This document shows positions 1 through 12,549 of a stretch of 64,000 nucleotides of DNA, piece by piece. Origin of the DNA: Callorhinchus milii (Eukaryota); the NCBI RefSeq assembly GCF_018977255.1, contig NW_024704743.1, forward strand, positions 62,870,001 through 62,934,000. The letters are read 5' to 3'. The first letter of the stretch is position 1, and every line of letters starts with the position of its first letter. A program made the translations under genes and the position numbers. Under the pieces are notes generated by a model. That model had not been told where the DNA came from. It was given only the letters and a program-made list of their open reading frames with translations, and made no database searches.

Positions 1-1449
1 CCTGAGAACAGGCCAGGGCCAAATACTGGGGCTCGAAAAGCAGTGGTTCACTGTTAACAATGTGAAATTCTGCCTGAATCTGGCTGACTCACAGTATCTC
101 TGCAACTCCCAGAGCATCAAATCCAGTTTGAAAATATCACAAATTACACCCCATTCTCACGGATAAACCCAATTTACCTACTCTAGTTAAATCCATAATT
201 TACAAAGACAGGAGAAGGGCTGCTGACTGTCAGTAAAAAAGAAACCCTAAGTACAGTACCTGGAAACTCATCTCTCAATACTATATTGAATTTGCATTGC
301 ACTGTTCACATCATTGGCTTCATTGTCACTGCACATTCCAGAGTAGAAAACAATCTGGAATTTACCCCTGAATAAGATCATCAGCTTACAGTGCAAGCCA
401 TGTTCAGTAAGACAGTTGAGTAGGACAGCTAATTTTAGATATAGGCATGCTCCCCAGTCACCAGTCAACATACATGCCATTCAATCCATACCATCAAAGT
501 AAATGGTTTGTCATCACTTGGCTCACTTTGTCATCACTGTGTCCCATGATGAGTAAACTTTCCTATGTAACAGTAAAGCACACACCATCCGTCAGCTATT
601 CGTGCACGTGGCCAGCCAGCCTGAGCCAAAGGCAGCCCTGAGATGGAGTTTCGTCTTTATTTATGCAGCAGCTATTGCAATTGCCGAACATGTGCCCTAC
701 TGTCAATCGAGAACATCAAACAAGGAGGGGACCAGTTCAGAACTAAGGACTCGATCTCTGGCATTGCAAGTGTTTGACTGCTGGTCACAGTCACAGACAG
801 AATCAATTTTGCAAAGGACAGATTCCAGAGGTGTTCTGCTTACACCACGTGAAATGATGAAAGGCTGTGCAGATTAAAACAAACACACTGAATTAATTAC
901 GGGTCAGATAATGAACAAATTAGTTAACTTGTCATCAAGTTAGCCAGTGCTAGCATGGTGCCGGTACTGTACGCACGTCTAATTCAGACACACAGAAAAC
1001 AGCTGACATTGTTGAGATAACAGAACACTGTGATATATTGTCAGCCTTTATTTTGTTCACTGGCAACAGACACATAGTGGCAGAAAAATGCAATGCAAAC
1101 GAGCAGGGGGTTCATTCTATGTGACGACTGAGCAAGTCGTCAACTCCACAATCACTCATGGCACTGTAACATTCCAATTTGAATATCAAAACTAGTTGGC
1201 ACAGCCATAAATGGTTCCATTTAAACTTGTCATCCATTTATCCAGCCTCCAGAGGACACATTTTGGCAGAATGACCACTCGGCAATTATGCCACCCAGTG
1301 AGTCATCTCGTCTGCCATATGCCCTCTCTTCCACGAAAAGCATTGTATATCAAGGGAAAGGTAGGGAATTTTGAATTGCAAAACTACATAAAAAGAAGCA
1401 ACTGGCTCAGATAAGGTTTTACAAAAACAGAACACTACAAATTACTTTA

Positions 1450-1690
1450 AATAATAATAATAATAATCCTTGCATTTGATATAGCGCTTTTCACGTCGGG
1501 AGGACGTCCCAAAGCGCTTCACAGAACACACTGTGAAGTGAATTGACTGTATATTTGTGGGCGAACGCGGCAGCCAATTGCGCACAGCAATGTCCCACAA
1601 ACAGTCGTAGATTGAAAATGACCAATTTTATTAGGGATTATTATTAGGCTCTGTGCGGAGTAAGGAAACTTGCCCAAGTTTTCGTCCTGC
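1450..1690 (-). mobile_element. 5'-truncated SINE (short subfamily)
   Basis: Near-identical to 10936-11180; (ATT)n tail. Confidence 0.85.
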
Positions 1691-1959
1691 TATAAAGTAC
1701 TAGAATAGGATTGTTCATGACCCATGGATCTTCCATATTCTCCAAAAACAATTTATTTCAACATGGATTATTTACAATGCATGTTTTTCTTTCAACCCTA
1801 TAAAAACATGTCAAAACTGTTTTAAAAGCAAACTAAACTCTCAAAAGTACTAGTTACTTGAAAACCCTAAATAGTTCTGGTATTCAATTACTGCTGACAC
1901 CACTATCAAAAACTGGAATTGACAGTCCAGTTTTTAAGGAGGCTAACAGAAAGTTCTAA

Positions 1960-2430
1960 AATATACAGCCTGCCAGGAGTGGCAGTGGATGAAGCAAAAG
2001 CCATCTGGTCTTTCAAGAGGGAACTAGATGTATATCTAAGAAAAAGAGCAATTTCCGGGGGTTTGGAGAAAAGGCAGGAGCAGAAAGGGCTTCTCTTTCA
2101 AAGAACCAGCATAGACTTGACAGATCGAATGGTCTTCTGGCAGAAAAGTTCCATGGTTCCAAGCGGGCTTTTAGCCTTTCTGCCCCACTCTACGGAACTC
2201 CATCTTAAGAGTTCTTTTGACTTGCCCCTTTTCTCATCTCCTTCAAGGTCCATCTCAAGATCTTCCTCTTTGACTACACCTTTGGTCATTTTCCTACCCC
2301 CACCCCAACCCCTTAGCCCCAATCTCTTGAATCCAATCCCAGCTCAGGTGCAAACCTTTGACTGTACAGCACCTTGGGATGTCCTCCCGATGAGAAGGCA
2401 CTATATAAATGCAAACTATTGTTGTTGTTA
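1960..2430 (+). mobile_element. Decayed CR1 3' fragment followed by an L2 3' fragment
   Basis: 1960-2160 resembles the CR1 3' end at 4520-4720. 2200-2430 ends in the L2 tail CCTTGGGATGTCCTCCCG...(TTG)n. Confidence 0.6.
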
Positions 2431-3546
2431 AAGAAACATAGCTGACTTCTGGTTAATCGGGTCACTGCCACATCACTTCACATTTTTTGCAAAACAGGAA
2501 GTTACAATGACCTGATAAACCAGAAATCTGTAAATTGTTAGCACAGGAATCTAAATATGGCTGACTTACAGATCATTAGGTTCCTTTCAACACAGCAAAG
2601 CAGGAAATCACATTGCATTCAACCTACTGAACTATTTTCATATATAAATAATAATATATATTATTAGGGTCAGTTATTTTATTGTGGAAAGCGAGTAAGT
2701 CGGCTATGCACATGTGCAGTGAACAGGATCAGTAGTGCAACTGTGTTATAAGCAAATCTGAGCTATAGTGGAGTACACTGTAGCAGGGTGCACAGTATTC
2801 CAGTTTAAAAAATCCCAGGACATTATAGCTGTCACATTTGCCTATATAACATTCACTTAATTTTAAATTATTCCCATTCTGTGAAGCGCTACAAAACATT
2901 CTGTGATGTGAAAGCATTCCATTAATGTAAGTAGTTGTTGTTGAGTACCTCTTGGAATTGTGTTCAGTATTGGACCTTATTTGTACCAAATAAAGATGCT
3001 TTCTCAGTGACAATTACAATCAGTATTTGTAGAACAGATTATTTATATATTTAGTGAAATCCTATACTTCACTGATATACTTGAACACATGCTTCACTGG
3101 ATCATGGAAATTAGTTATGGCACTTTAATGTATTGCAAGTTAAGAAGATAATATCTAGAAATACAGTATTACCGATAATAGCTGCATCTCACATGATTAA
3201 CTGTGTATAGTAACATTTGAGGAGCACTCAATCCTCATTGTTTATACATTTGCTTCCATAAGATGAGTAATAAAGGACTTCATGTAAACGTTGTTAAAGA
3301 TTGTATTACCTAATAGTTATTTCAGAGGCAGTTTGTATAAGCTTAAGTGAATGCAGCAGATCTGAAGACTGGTTGGAAATTACCTAATGCAACTGCATCA
3401 AGATCCAAATGATCTGCTGACTAGCCATTTGAGATGTTTCTTTTAAATGAAAGACACTATATCAATGTAAGTTGTTATGGAGAATCTTGACAAAACTCAG
3501 CTGGAGTATTGTGTCCAATTCTGGGCACCACATATTAGAAAGCATA

Positions 3547-4722
3547 TCAAGGCTTTTGACACAGTACCGCATAAGAGATTAATAAAAAATTAGAGGCCCA
3601 CGGTATTAAGGGGACAGTGGCAGTTTGGATTAAGAACTGGCTGAGTGACAGAAAGCAGAGGTTGGTGGTTAATGGGTGTTTCTCGAAATGGAAGGAGGTG
3701 TGCAGCGGTGTCCCCCAGGGATGGGTATTGGGACCACTGCTCTTTCTAATATGTATTAATGATCTGGACTTGGGCATAGAGAGCACTATTTCCAAGTTTG
3801 CAATGATACAAAGTTAGGTAGGGTAGTAAATAGTGAGGAGGACTGTAACCAACTGCAAGCAGACATTCACAGAATGGTGGAATGGGCTGACATGTGGCAG
3901 ATGGATTTCAATGTGGATAAGTGTGAGGTGATACACTTAGGTAGGAAAAATGATAGGAGGCAATATAGACTTGGTAGCTCAATCTTAAGGGGGGTGAACG
4001 TACAGAGAGATCTGGGTGTTCAAGTAAGCGAATCATTAAAGGTAGCGGGGCAGGTAGATAAGGCAGTCAAAAAGGCATTTGGTGTACTGAGCTTTATTAG
4101 TAGGGGCATAGAGTATAAGAGTAGGGAGGTTATGGTTAATCTATGCAAAACACTGGTTAGGCCTCAGCTGGAGTACTGCGTCCAGTTCTGGGCACCTTAC
4201 TTCAGGAAGGACATTAAGGCACTGGAAAGGGTGCAGAGGAGATTCACGAGAATGATACCAGGATTGGGGAACCTTAGCTATGAGGACAGGCTGGAGAAGT
4301 TAGGACTTTTCCCATTAGAGCAGAGAAGGTTACGCAGGGACCTGATAGAGGTCTTCAAGATCATGAAAGGTTTCGACAGGCTGGATAAGAAAAAGCTGTT
4401 TCCGCTGGTAGGTGTGTCTGTGACCCGTGGTCACAGTCTTAAGATATCTACCAAAAGAAGCAGAGAGGAGGTTAGAAGAAATTTTTTCACTCAGCGAGTT
4501 GTTCGAATTTGGAATGATCTGCCTGAAAGGGCAGTGAAGTCCGATTCGATAACAGCTTTTAAAGGAGAACTGGATAGGTATCTGGGGAAAACCAGTTTGC
4601 AGGGTTATGGGGAGAAAGCTGGTGATTGGGGTTAGTGAAAGTGACTTGCTCTGTCAAAGAGCCGGCACAGGCTTGATGGGCCGAATGGCCTCCTTCTGTG
4701 CCGCAACATTCTATGAATCTAT
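3547..4722 (+). mobile_element. 5'-truncated CR1-clade LINE (RT remnant to 3' tail), inactive
   Basis: [22 protein letters not shown], frameshift at the FADD motif, then ORF 3874-4635 (RPQLEYCVQFWAP, LERVQRRFTRMI). Ends ATTCTATGAATCTATG. Confidence 0.92.
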
Positions 4723-4726
4723 GAAA

Positions 4727-5187
4727 ATAAGGTCTTGGAGAGGGTGCTTTACCATGATGGTACCAGGGATGAGGTACTTTTGTTATGTGGAGAGACTAGA
4801 TAAGATGGGATTATTCTCCTTAGAGCAGGAAGGTTACGAGGAGAATTAATATAGTTGTTCAAAATTATGAGATGTTTTGAAAGAGTAGCTAGGGAGAAAC
4901 TATTTCCACTAGCTGGTGGGTTGGTAACCATAGCTTTAAGATAATTGGCAAAAGATGGGAGATGAGGAGAATTTTTTTTACACAGAGAGTTGTTACTGTC
5001 TAGAATGCACTGCCTGAAAGCCTGGTGGAAACAGATTCAATAACAACTTTCAAAAGGAAATTAGATTGGTACTTGAAAAGGAAACATTTGCAGGGATATG
5101 GGGAGAGCGAGCGAGGGACTGGGACTGATTGGCTAGCTCGATGGGCCGAATGACCTCCTCCTGTGCTGTAGTATTCTATGATTCTAT
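4727..5187 (+). mobile_element. Older CR1 3' fragment; its upstream part is at about 3493-3550
   Basis: Colinear but diverged copy of 4215-4720, ending ATTCTATGATTCTAT. Confidence 0.85.
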
Positions 5188-5770
5188 ATCAAAATCTTTC
5201 ACACTTATTAATTCCACCTTAACATAATATACTTCTTTGCTTTGATACCACTTTTGCGCTTCTGATTCCTTTTATTTGCCCTCCTTTAATCCAGGCACTT
5301 CCAGAGTCAAATTGGAGCGATATCCCCTCCCCGCCGCCATGTCCCCAACAACTATAGCTACGATCTAAGAGTACAGTGAATGCTAAGAAAATCAACCCGG
5401 TAATGTGCCTTGTTGATTTCATTCCTCGGATCTGGAAATCGCTATAACTGCAGGTCAAATTGTTTGTGGTCATGTGGTCAACTAACTCAATCAATGCAAT
5501 TACCCAAACTAGTTATACAGGTGCGAATGAAATCGACTCAATATTTTTCATGCGACTAAGCGAATTATACAATTATCCAATATGCATTTGAGTGGAGTGC
5601 AAAATCATACAAATAAATAGCAAATTTTCAGTAACTGGAAATTGCATTGCAATTAAATAGAGTAAATCAATTATCTGATATGCAATTAGGTGGAGTGTAC
5701 TGTATTCGAAAAGAGAAGGAAGTATCTATTTCCTGATGTCTTAACCAACAATCTCCCAGATAAAATCAAT

Positions 5771-6465
5771 CATTCACTCCGAAACATTGCCAGACTACGG
5801 CACTACCTCACCCCTCACGCTGCTGAAACTCTGGTCCACTCCTTTATCACCTCAAGGCTGGACTATGGGAACTCTCTCCTCGCCGGCCTTCCCGCCACCT
5901 CCCTCCACAAGCTGCAGGTCATTCAGAACTCTGCAGCTCGTGTCCTGTCCCGCACCAGGCTTCGGGACCACATCACTCCCACCCTCGCTCGCCTCCACTG
6001 GCTCCCCATCCCCCAGAGGATCGAATTCAAGATCCTCATCCTCACCTACAAGACCATTCACGGCCTTGCTCCCTCCTACCTCTCCGACCTACTATCCCCC
6101 TACCTACCTGCCCGTAGCCTCCGTTCCTCTGGCTCCGGTCTGCTCCACATTCCCCGCCCCAACCACCCTACCATCGGTGGTCGGGCCTTCAGCCTCTCAG
6201 CCCCGAGGCTCTGGAACTCCATCCCCCAGTGCCTTCGCCGCCTCCTCCCTTTCCTCCTTCAAGGCCGGTCTCAAAACCTTTCTCTTTGACTGTGCCTTCA
6301 GCTCCCCTCTCGACTCTCTACCCCCTCCTCGCTCCCTCCCTTCCCTCCCCTCACCCTGACCATGTCCCCCCTGCTCGGGTCCTGACCCAACTGTCCAGCG
6401 CCTTGGGACGTCCTCCCGACGTGAAAGGTGCTCTATAAATGGAATCTTCTTGTTGTTGTTGTTAT
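5771..6465 (+). mobile_element. L2-clade LINE 3' fragment inserted in a SINE
   Basis: LRNIARLR, TSRLDYGNSLL, LQVIQNSAAR, LHWLPIPQRIEFKIL; (TTG)n tail. SINE halves at about 5735-5778 and 6463-6610. Confidence 0.9.
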
Positions 6466-6735
6466 GGTTGTTTTTGGAGCACAGCAGCGAGAAAATGTAG
6501 CTGCCACATTTGTTTACAAAATACATTTACAGTAAATCCTGTGATACGCTTGAGATGTCCTCTCAACATGAAAGGCACTACAGCAAATGTAAGGATTATT
6601 ATTTTTATTAGTTCTGATGTTCAGTATTAATACTTTCTTTTCTTTTCACCTTAGCTCTGCACACAATGTTTTTCCCCTTATTTCTCCTTTATGCACGAGT
6701 TAAGACTAAGGTTTTCCTCATGTCATTAATTTTGA

Positions 6736-7085
6736 GTCAGCCTGACTCAGTTGGTAACATTCTCATCTCTGAGTCAGAAGGTTGTGATTCAAGCCTCCCA
6801 TCGGGGCCTTTGAACTAACAGTCTAGCTTCGACACTCCAATTCAGTGCTGTGGGAATACTGCATGGTCAGAGGTGGCGTCCTTCAGATGAGATATTAAAC
6901 TGAGTTCCTGTCTATCTATTCAGGTGGATGTTAAAGACTCCATAGCAATAATCAAAAAGAGAATGGTGGTTCTTCTAATAAGTGAAATTTATTTAGCACC
7001 TTTACGTTGGGAAGACGTTTCAAAGTGTTTGTGTCCTGCCCAAAAATACCCCAGAAAAAATTGGTCATTCACTTCATGGCTATTT
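6736..7085 (+). mobile_element. Old DeuSINE-type element
   Basis: Degenerate tRNA-like head, then CTTCAGATGAGATATTAAAC...CAGGTGGATGTTAAAGA, typical of the Deu domain of SacSINE1/AmnSINE1. Confidence 0.7.
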
Positions 7086-7094
7086 AATAATTAT

Positions 7095-7505
7095 AATAAT
7101 TCTTGCATTTGATATAATGCCTTATCACGTCTTTGAGAACTGAACATACAATATAAAATTACATTTGTATAGCGCCTGTCACGTCGGGACGACATCCCAA
7201 GGCGCTGGACAGTCAAGGATTCAGCCCCGAGCTGGGGTTTGGATCAGGGAGAGTGGAGAGCAGGAAGGGTAGGAGAGTGGCTGAAGGTTTGGTCGAAGAG
7301 GAGGGTTTTGAGATGCGCCTTGAAAGAGGCAAGGGAGGGAGAGAGGCGAAGGGAATGTGGGATGGAGTTCCAAAGGATGAGAGTAATATACTGTAAACTG
7401 TATATTATGTGGGCGAAACGCGGCAGCCAATTGCGCACAGAAGTGTCCTACAAACAGTCGTGGATTCAATGACCAAATTATTTTTTTTGAAGGGATAATT
7501 ACCCC
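7095..7505 (-). mobile_element. SINE fragment interrupted by an L2 3' fragment (about 7150-7380)
   Basis: SINE tail 7095-7148 and body 7385-7505 flank an L2 end (LWNSIP, FKAHLKT). Confidence 0.75.
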
Positions 7506-9682
7506 CACAAAATCAACTAACTAACTATTGAATAACTGGCTGTTGTTTTCAGCTACAAAATCATGTGAAGTGCTTTGAGATGCCCTTCTGATGTGAGAGA
7601 TGCTAAATCAAATACAAAGATTTATATATTTTTTCCCCCCTTTAGTTACTATGGTTCTTATATTCCTCAAGTCGATTTAATGCCAGTCACCTTGATGGGC
7701 TAAAGTCCAAGTCCAATGCCACAAACCAGGTTTACTCAGCACCGGGTGATTAATCCAGGTCCTCATATCAGGAACTTTGGCAAATGGACGTCCAAATACC
7801 AATGGGCATACCAGTGTATATTATGGATCAAAAAACTTGGATGAGATTATCAGAGATCGTGCTTTCAGCCACTGTGCTCCCAAACTCAGGAACACGCTCC
7901 TTCAATCCATCCGCCTTGGCCCCTTTCTCCCCTTTTTCAAGTCCCACCTGAAAACTTTCCTCTTCGACCATGCTTATGGCCTCCTCCCCACTCCTCCTGG
8001 CTTGGAGTCAGGCTCCGCCACTGTTAAGCGCTCTGAGACGCTACCCTGTTTGTTGTTGTAGGATTTATTGCATATTATGCTCATAGACTAGTTGTTTGTT
8101 TAATGAAGGCAGTATCTTACAGGATATTTAGACCTTCCAACATATTTAGAATTGTTCTATATCCATTTCTTCCACATAAACATTGAAATACATTACTGCC
8201 TAGTAGCTCAGCACACCATGAAACAACAAGCTATGGGTTTATGCTCACAGCTCCATGCCTTGAGAGTTTCCTATCACATACTGTTCCATCAAGAGGAGGC
8301 ACAGAGTAGAACAGATGTGGGGTTGGGGGAGGGGAAGGAGAGCAAGTCACCCTAGCATGTTTGTGTACCTTCTGGCAGATGGTTATAGAATACTAATAAC
8401 AGGAGGGATTAGTATGTGATGTGGGGCAGGAAAGGAGGAAGATGACTAGAAAGAGAAAACATATTAAAAATTAAAACCACAATTAGACATTTCATTGTAC
8501 CAGGATCACGCTGAAGAGGCGGGAGATAAGATCAGAGAGTAGGTTGGACAAAGCTGTGAAAATTTAACCTGTATGGAAAATTTAACCTGCACCCACAGTA
8601 ATTCGAAGACTGAGTGATAATTAGACAACCATGTGTAATTAAATATTCCAGGGACAATAATTGATTTAGCCATAGTCAGGTAGCCAAACAACTTAATAGC
8701 ATCAAATAATTCCATGTTGTCGAAGGTAGAGGCAATTTAACTAATCACTAAAGCCTGTATGCACAAGAACAAGTGATTTGAAAGGAGACCTTATAATCAA
8801 TTCAAAATGAATCTCTGTGTAACATAAGAAAGCACCACCAAAATACAAAAACATGACAGGACTAACTACGATGGGCAGGAAGAACATTATTTTCTGCTGG
8901 TATTATGGTCATTGCCAGCCTGAAGGTCTCATTAAAAATACACTCAAGATAATTTTTATTATAATATAATTGTCAAAGTATATGCTGAGCACAACTAACC
9001 AATGTCGAATTCAATGCCTTGTGCACATTTCAGTATATGGGCATTCAATTTTAGAAAACATATTTACCAAAAATATGCAGCCATATGCATCAAATAATAG
9101 ACGTATCATTACTGAAATGCTCAGCATTGTAGAATATTTTCCAACCACATCATTTTATAAAGAATCTACACACTTTGTGTCCTGGCCACCAATCCCTCAA
9201 ATAAAATCGATCATTCACCTAGTTATTTGCTGGGACATTGCCGTACGCAATCCGTCTGCCACAGTCGCCCACAATATACACAATCACTACACTTTACATT
9301 ATATCCTGTGAGATGTTTTCTCGACGTGAAAGGCACTATATCTAATATAAGGATTGTTATTATTGTATCTGGAAAGCTCATGCAAAGTGAATGACTTATT
9401 CAGACACATAGTTCACTTTAAATTCACAGAAATGTGGCATCCATTCTCTCACTTCTGGAGAGACACTAAAAATGCTTGGGAATAATATCTTTCTTAAATA
9501 GTTCAAAGGTTATTTTAAGTTATTGCAAGTTGTAGTGACATACATGGGATTAAGTGGAGGAGATGCACTTTACAACTCAAATTGCTTTTTTCTGCCTCTC
9601 ACATAATTTACAATGAGGTTTCTTTATCTGAGTGCTTTTTAATCTCATTGTCCATCAGCTGCATTTTATTACTGGCTACAAC

Positions 9683-10245
9683 AACAACCTGCATTTATAT
9701 AGTACCCTTCACGCAGGTTAGCGACCCAGAGCACTTGACAGTGCACGACATCAAGCCGGGAGGAGGTGACTGCAGGTACGGTTGAAGACGAAGGTCTTCA
9801 GGCACCACCTGAAGATGGGGAAGAGGGGACAAGGCGAAGGGATAGAGGAAGAATGCTCCAGAGTTTCGGGACACAGTGGCTGAAAGCACGGCCACTGATG
9901 GTGGAACACAGGGCATGAGGAACAAGCAGGAGCCAGTCGAGTGGAGGAAGCGTGTAGTAGGTTAGGAAGTAAGCAGGTCGGAGAAGTAGGGAGTTTGCTA
10001 GGGTATGAAAGGATTTGAAAACAAGTGTAAGAATCTTTAAATCCATCCTTTCAGTCATAGGGAGCCAGTGGAGCCTGGCTCGAACCGGTGTGATAGGGGT
10101 ACAGAGTTTAGTGCGAATGAGTATGTTGGTGGCAGAGTTTTGGGTTAACTGGATTTTGTGGATGGTGAAACTAGGGAGACCGGCAAGGAGGGCATTTGAA
10201 TAATCGAAGCGGGAGGTGACAAGCTCATGGACAAGGGTTTCGTCC
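9683..10245 (-). mobile_element. L2 3' fragment
   Basis: Reverse-complement homology to 5830-6440 ([12 protein letters not shown]); (TTG)n tail near 9683. Confidence 0.8.
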
Positions 10246-10367
10246 GTGCATTCGTCACCTCCCGCCTTGACTACTCATTTTAATTATGAAACAAAGAAGG
10301 CTGAAACAGAGAGGAAGATTATGAATACTACATATACTTTTGAAGTTGTGCCATTTTAAGATAACTT

Positions 10368-10732
10368 ATAATAGTAATCCTTGCATTTGATAAAGTGCCT
10401 TATCACGCCATCGAGACGTCTCAAAGTACTACACAGAACATACTGTAAAGTGAATTGACTGTATATTTTGTGGGCAACACAACAGCCAATTTCAGCAGTG
10501 TCCCACAAACAATCGTGGATTGAGTGACCAAATTATTTTTATTTATTTTGAAGGAATAATTACCACCAGAAAAACGATCCACCAAATGACTAACAACCAG
10601 GTTCCTATTTACTGCTAGGTAAACAGAGGTGTGGAGAGTAAGGAAACTTGCCCAACTTTTCACCCTGCTGGGTATCAAACCCACATTTTCTCACTTGCGA
10701 AGCGAGTGCTCTAACCACTAAGCTACAGGATA
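10368..10732 (-). mobile_element. Near full-length tRNA-derived SINE (long subfamily)
   Basis: Head TCCTGTAGCTTAGTGGTTAGAGCACTCGC, central TTGGGCAAGTTTCC and CTGTTTACCTAGCAGTAAATAGG, L2-like tail. Confidence 0.85.
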
Positions 10733-10935
10733 TCTTGCATTGATATAGCACCCTTCACCCGGGTAGCGCTTTGGAGTGCTAAGCAAACACAATCACATTT
10801 TATTCACACTTTGACAAATGGTGCATTTTCACCAGTGCCAGGAAGTCCAATTTGATATTAGGTAGATGAAGTAAACTGATTGAGCAGGAGGACAGTCAGA
10901 AATCTTCCTACAATAGTCAATTGGTAACAAGTTTA

Positions 10936-11256
10936 TAATAATAATAATCCTTGCATTTGATATAGCGCTTTTCACGTCGGGAGGACGTCCCAAAGCGCTT
11001 CACAGAACACACTGTAAAGTGAATTGACTGTATATTTGTGGGCGAACGCGGCAGCCAATTGCACACAGCAATGTCCCACAAACATTCATAGATTGAAAAT
11101 GACCAATTTTTATTATTGTTTTTGGTTTTGGAGGGATTATTATTAGGCTCTGTGTGGAGTAAGGAAACTTGCCCAAGGTTTCGCCCTCTGCCTGGAATTG
11201 AACTCAGGTCTCTCACTTGCAAAGCGAGTGCTCTAACCACTGAGCTACAGGACTCC
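10936..11256 (-). mobile_element. Full-length young tRNA-derived SINE (short subfamily)
   Basis: Box A TAGCTCAGTGG, box B GTTCAATTCC, tail GGGACGTCCTCCCGACGTGAAAAGCGCTATATCAAATGCAAGG(ATT)n. Confidence 0.9.
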
Positions 11257-12549
11257 AGGACTTTATTGCTTGTAGCTACAGGACTTTATTGCTTGTAGCC
11301 ACAATCACTATCTGAATATAATGCAGTCAATTTTGTTTCTTCTTCTGCAAGCTGCATTTTTGTAAAGCCTTTGACTCCTTTTTTCCTTTTACTGGCATAT
11401 GGCTCCTTTTGTACCTCGCCCAAGTGGCCTTTATTCATATATGAATGTTCACAATGAGTGTTGGCAAACAAACATGGGATGCATCAAAGCCCAATTCTGT
11501 CCTTATGCAACGTGCACCTTTCAGCAGGGGATCTATGAATTGCAGTGAGGAACCCTGGCTGAATTCCCCGTAACCCCAACGATGAATTCCTCACCAAGGT
11601 TAGCTAACAACAAAGACCGTGATACCAACCTGCAACCTGTATGGTCTCGTGCTACACTGATCAATGTCTTTACCTGCTACAATCTTAAATTAGACCACTG
11701 AAATCCAAACTATGTTTAACAGTACTCACTGCTTTAATAAATATCTAAAATTAAGAAGCATGGGGTGGAGTATTGCAACTTTGAATTAATGAAAACGTGC
11801 GCAATAAACTGGAATTATCTAAAGAAATCACTGATGTATCAGCAGAATAAACATGACACAGTAAATAGAAATACTGTAGAAATTCAAAGACACAGATCAG
11901 AACAAAACCTATTACCATCCATTTCCTTCCCCCCCATTAAATTAGCAACTGTCAATGAGCTCACTGTTGGTGTCATGCTTCAGGCACTTGTTATTTCATC
12001 AACTTCTCTGAGGTACTCTGAACATCCTATACCCAGTATTCTCTCTCGCACCAGGCTCCGCACATTCATTACTCACGTCATCACTGGTAGATCAACTTAA
12101 GGTCCTTGTCCTGCTCTTCAAATACCTTCATGTCGCATCCCTCCCTACATAGGCAAATTTCCTCCAAACTTACTCTCCTGCCTGTACCTACAACTCTGCC
12201 AATCCAGATTTATTGCTCGTTTGTCATTTTCAGCCTTCAACCATTACCCTTTTCCCTCTGGTACTCTCTTCTAAAATCTCTTTACCTGGCTTCTCCCTGC
12301 CTTAATAAATTTTCCTAATAACATATCTTTTTAACCATGGATTTGGTCAATACATTCAATCCTTTCCTTCTCCCTATCATATACGTAAACCAACTTGAGA
12401 CATTCATTCTACATAAAAGCCAAGTGAAAATTATTGTTCTGTACATTTTCTGTTGCACACCTGGAAGCATGGGGCACACACTTAGTATTTTAGGTATGCT
12501 TAGGATTTAGAATCTAACTATTTACATTTACCCTAAAAACCCCACCCTC

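Noticed and set aside
2729..3013. ORF containing VQIRSN, resembling the start of the next STX17 exon
   Set aside because: No further similarity and no suitable acceptor. I could not find the next STX17 exon in 1-18414, so it probably lies outside the window.
3874..4635. 253-aa ORF as a host gene or active reverse transcriptase
   Set aside because: C-terminal part of a 5'-truncated CR1 ORF2, frameshifted at the catalytic motif.
11185..11256. tRNA-like sequence with A and B boxes
   Set aside because: It continues directly into a SINE body and tail, and a similar head occurs near 10670-10732; it is a SINE head, not a tRNA gene.
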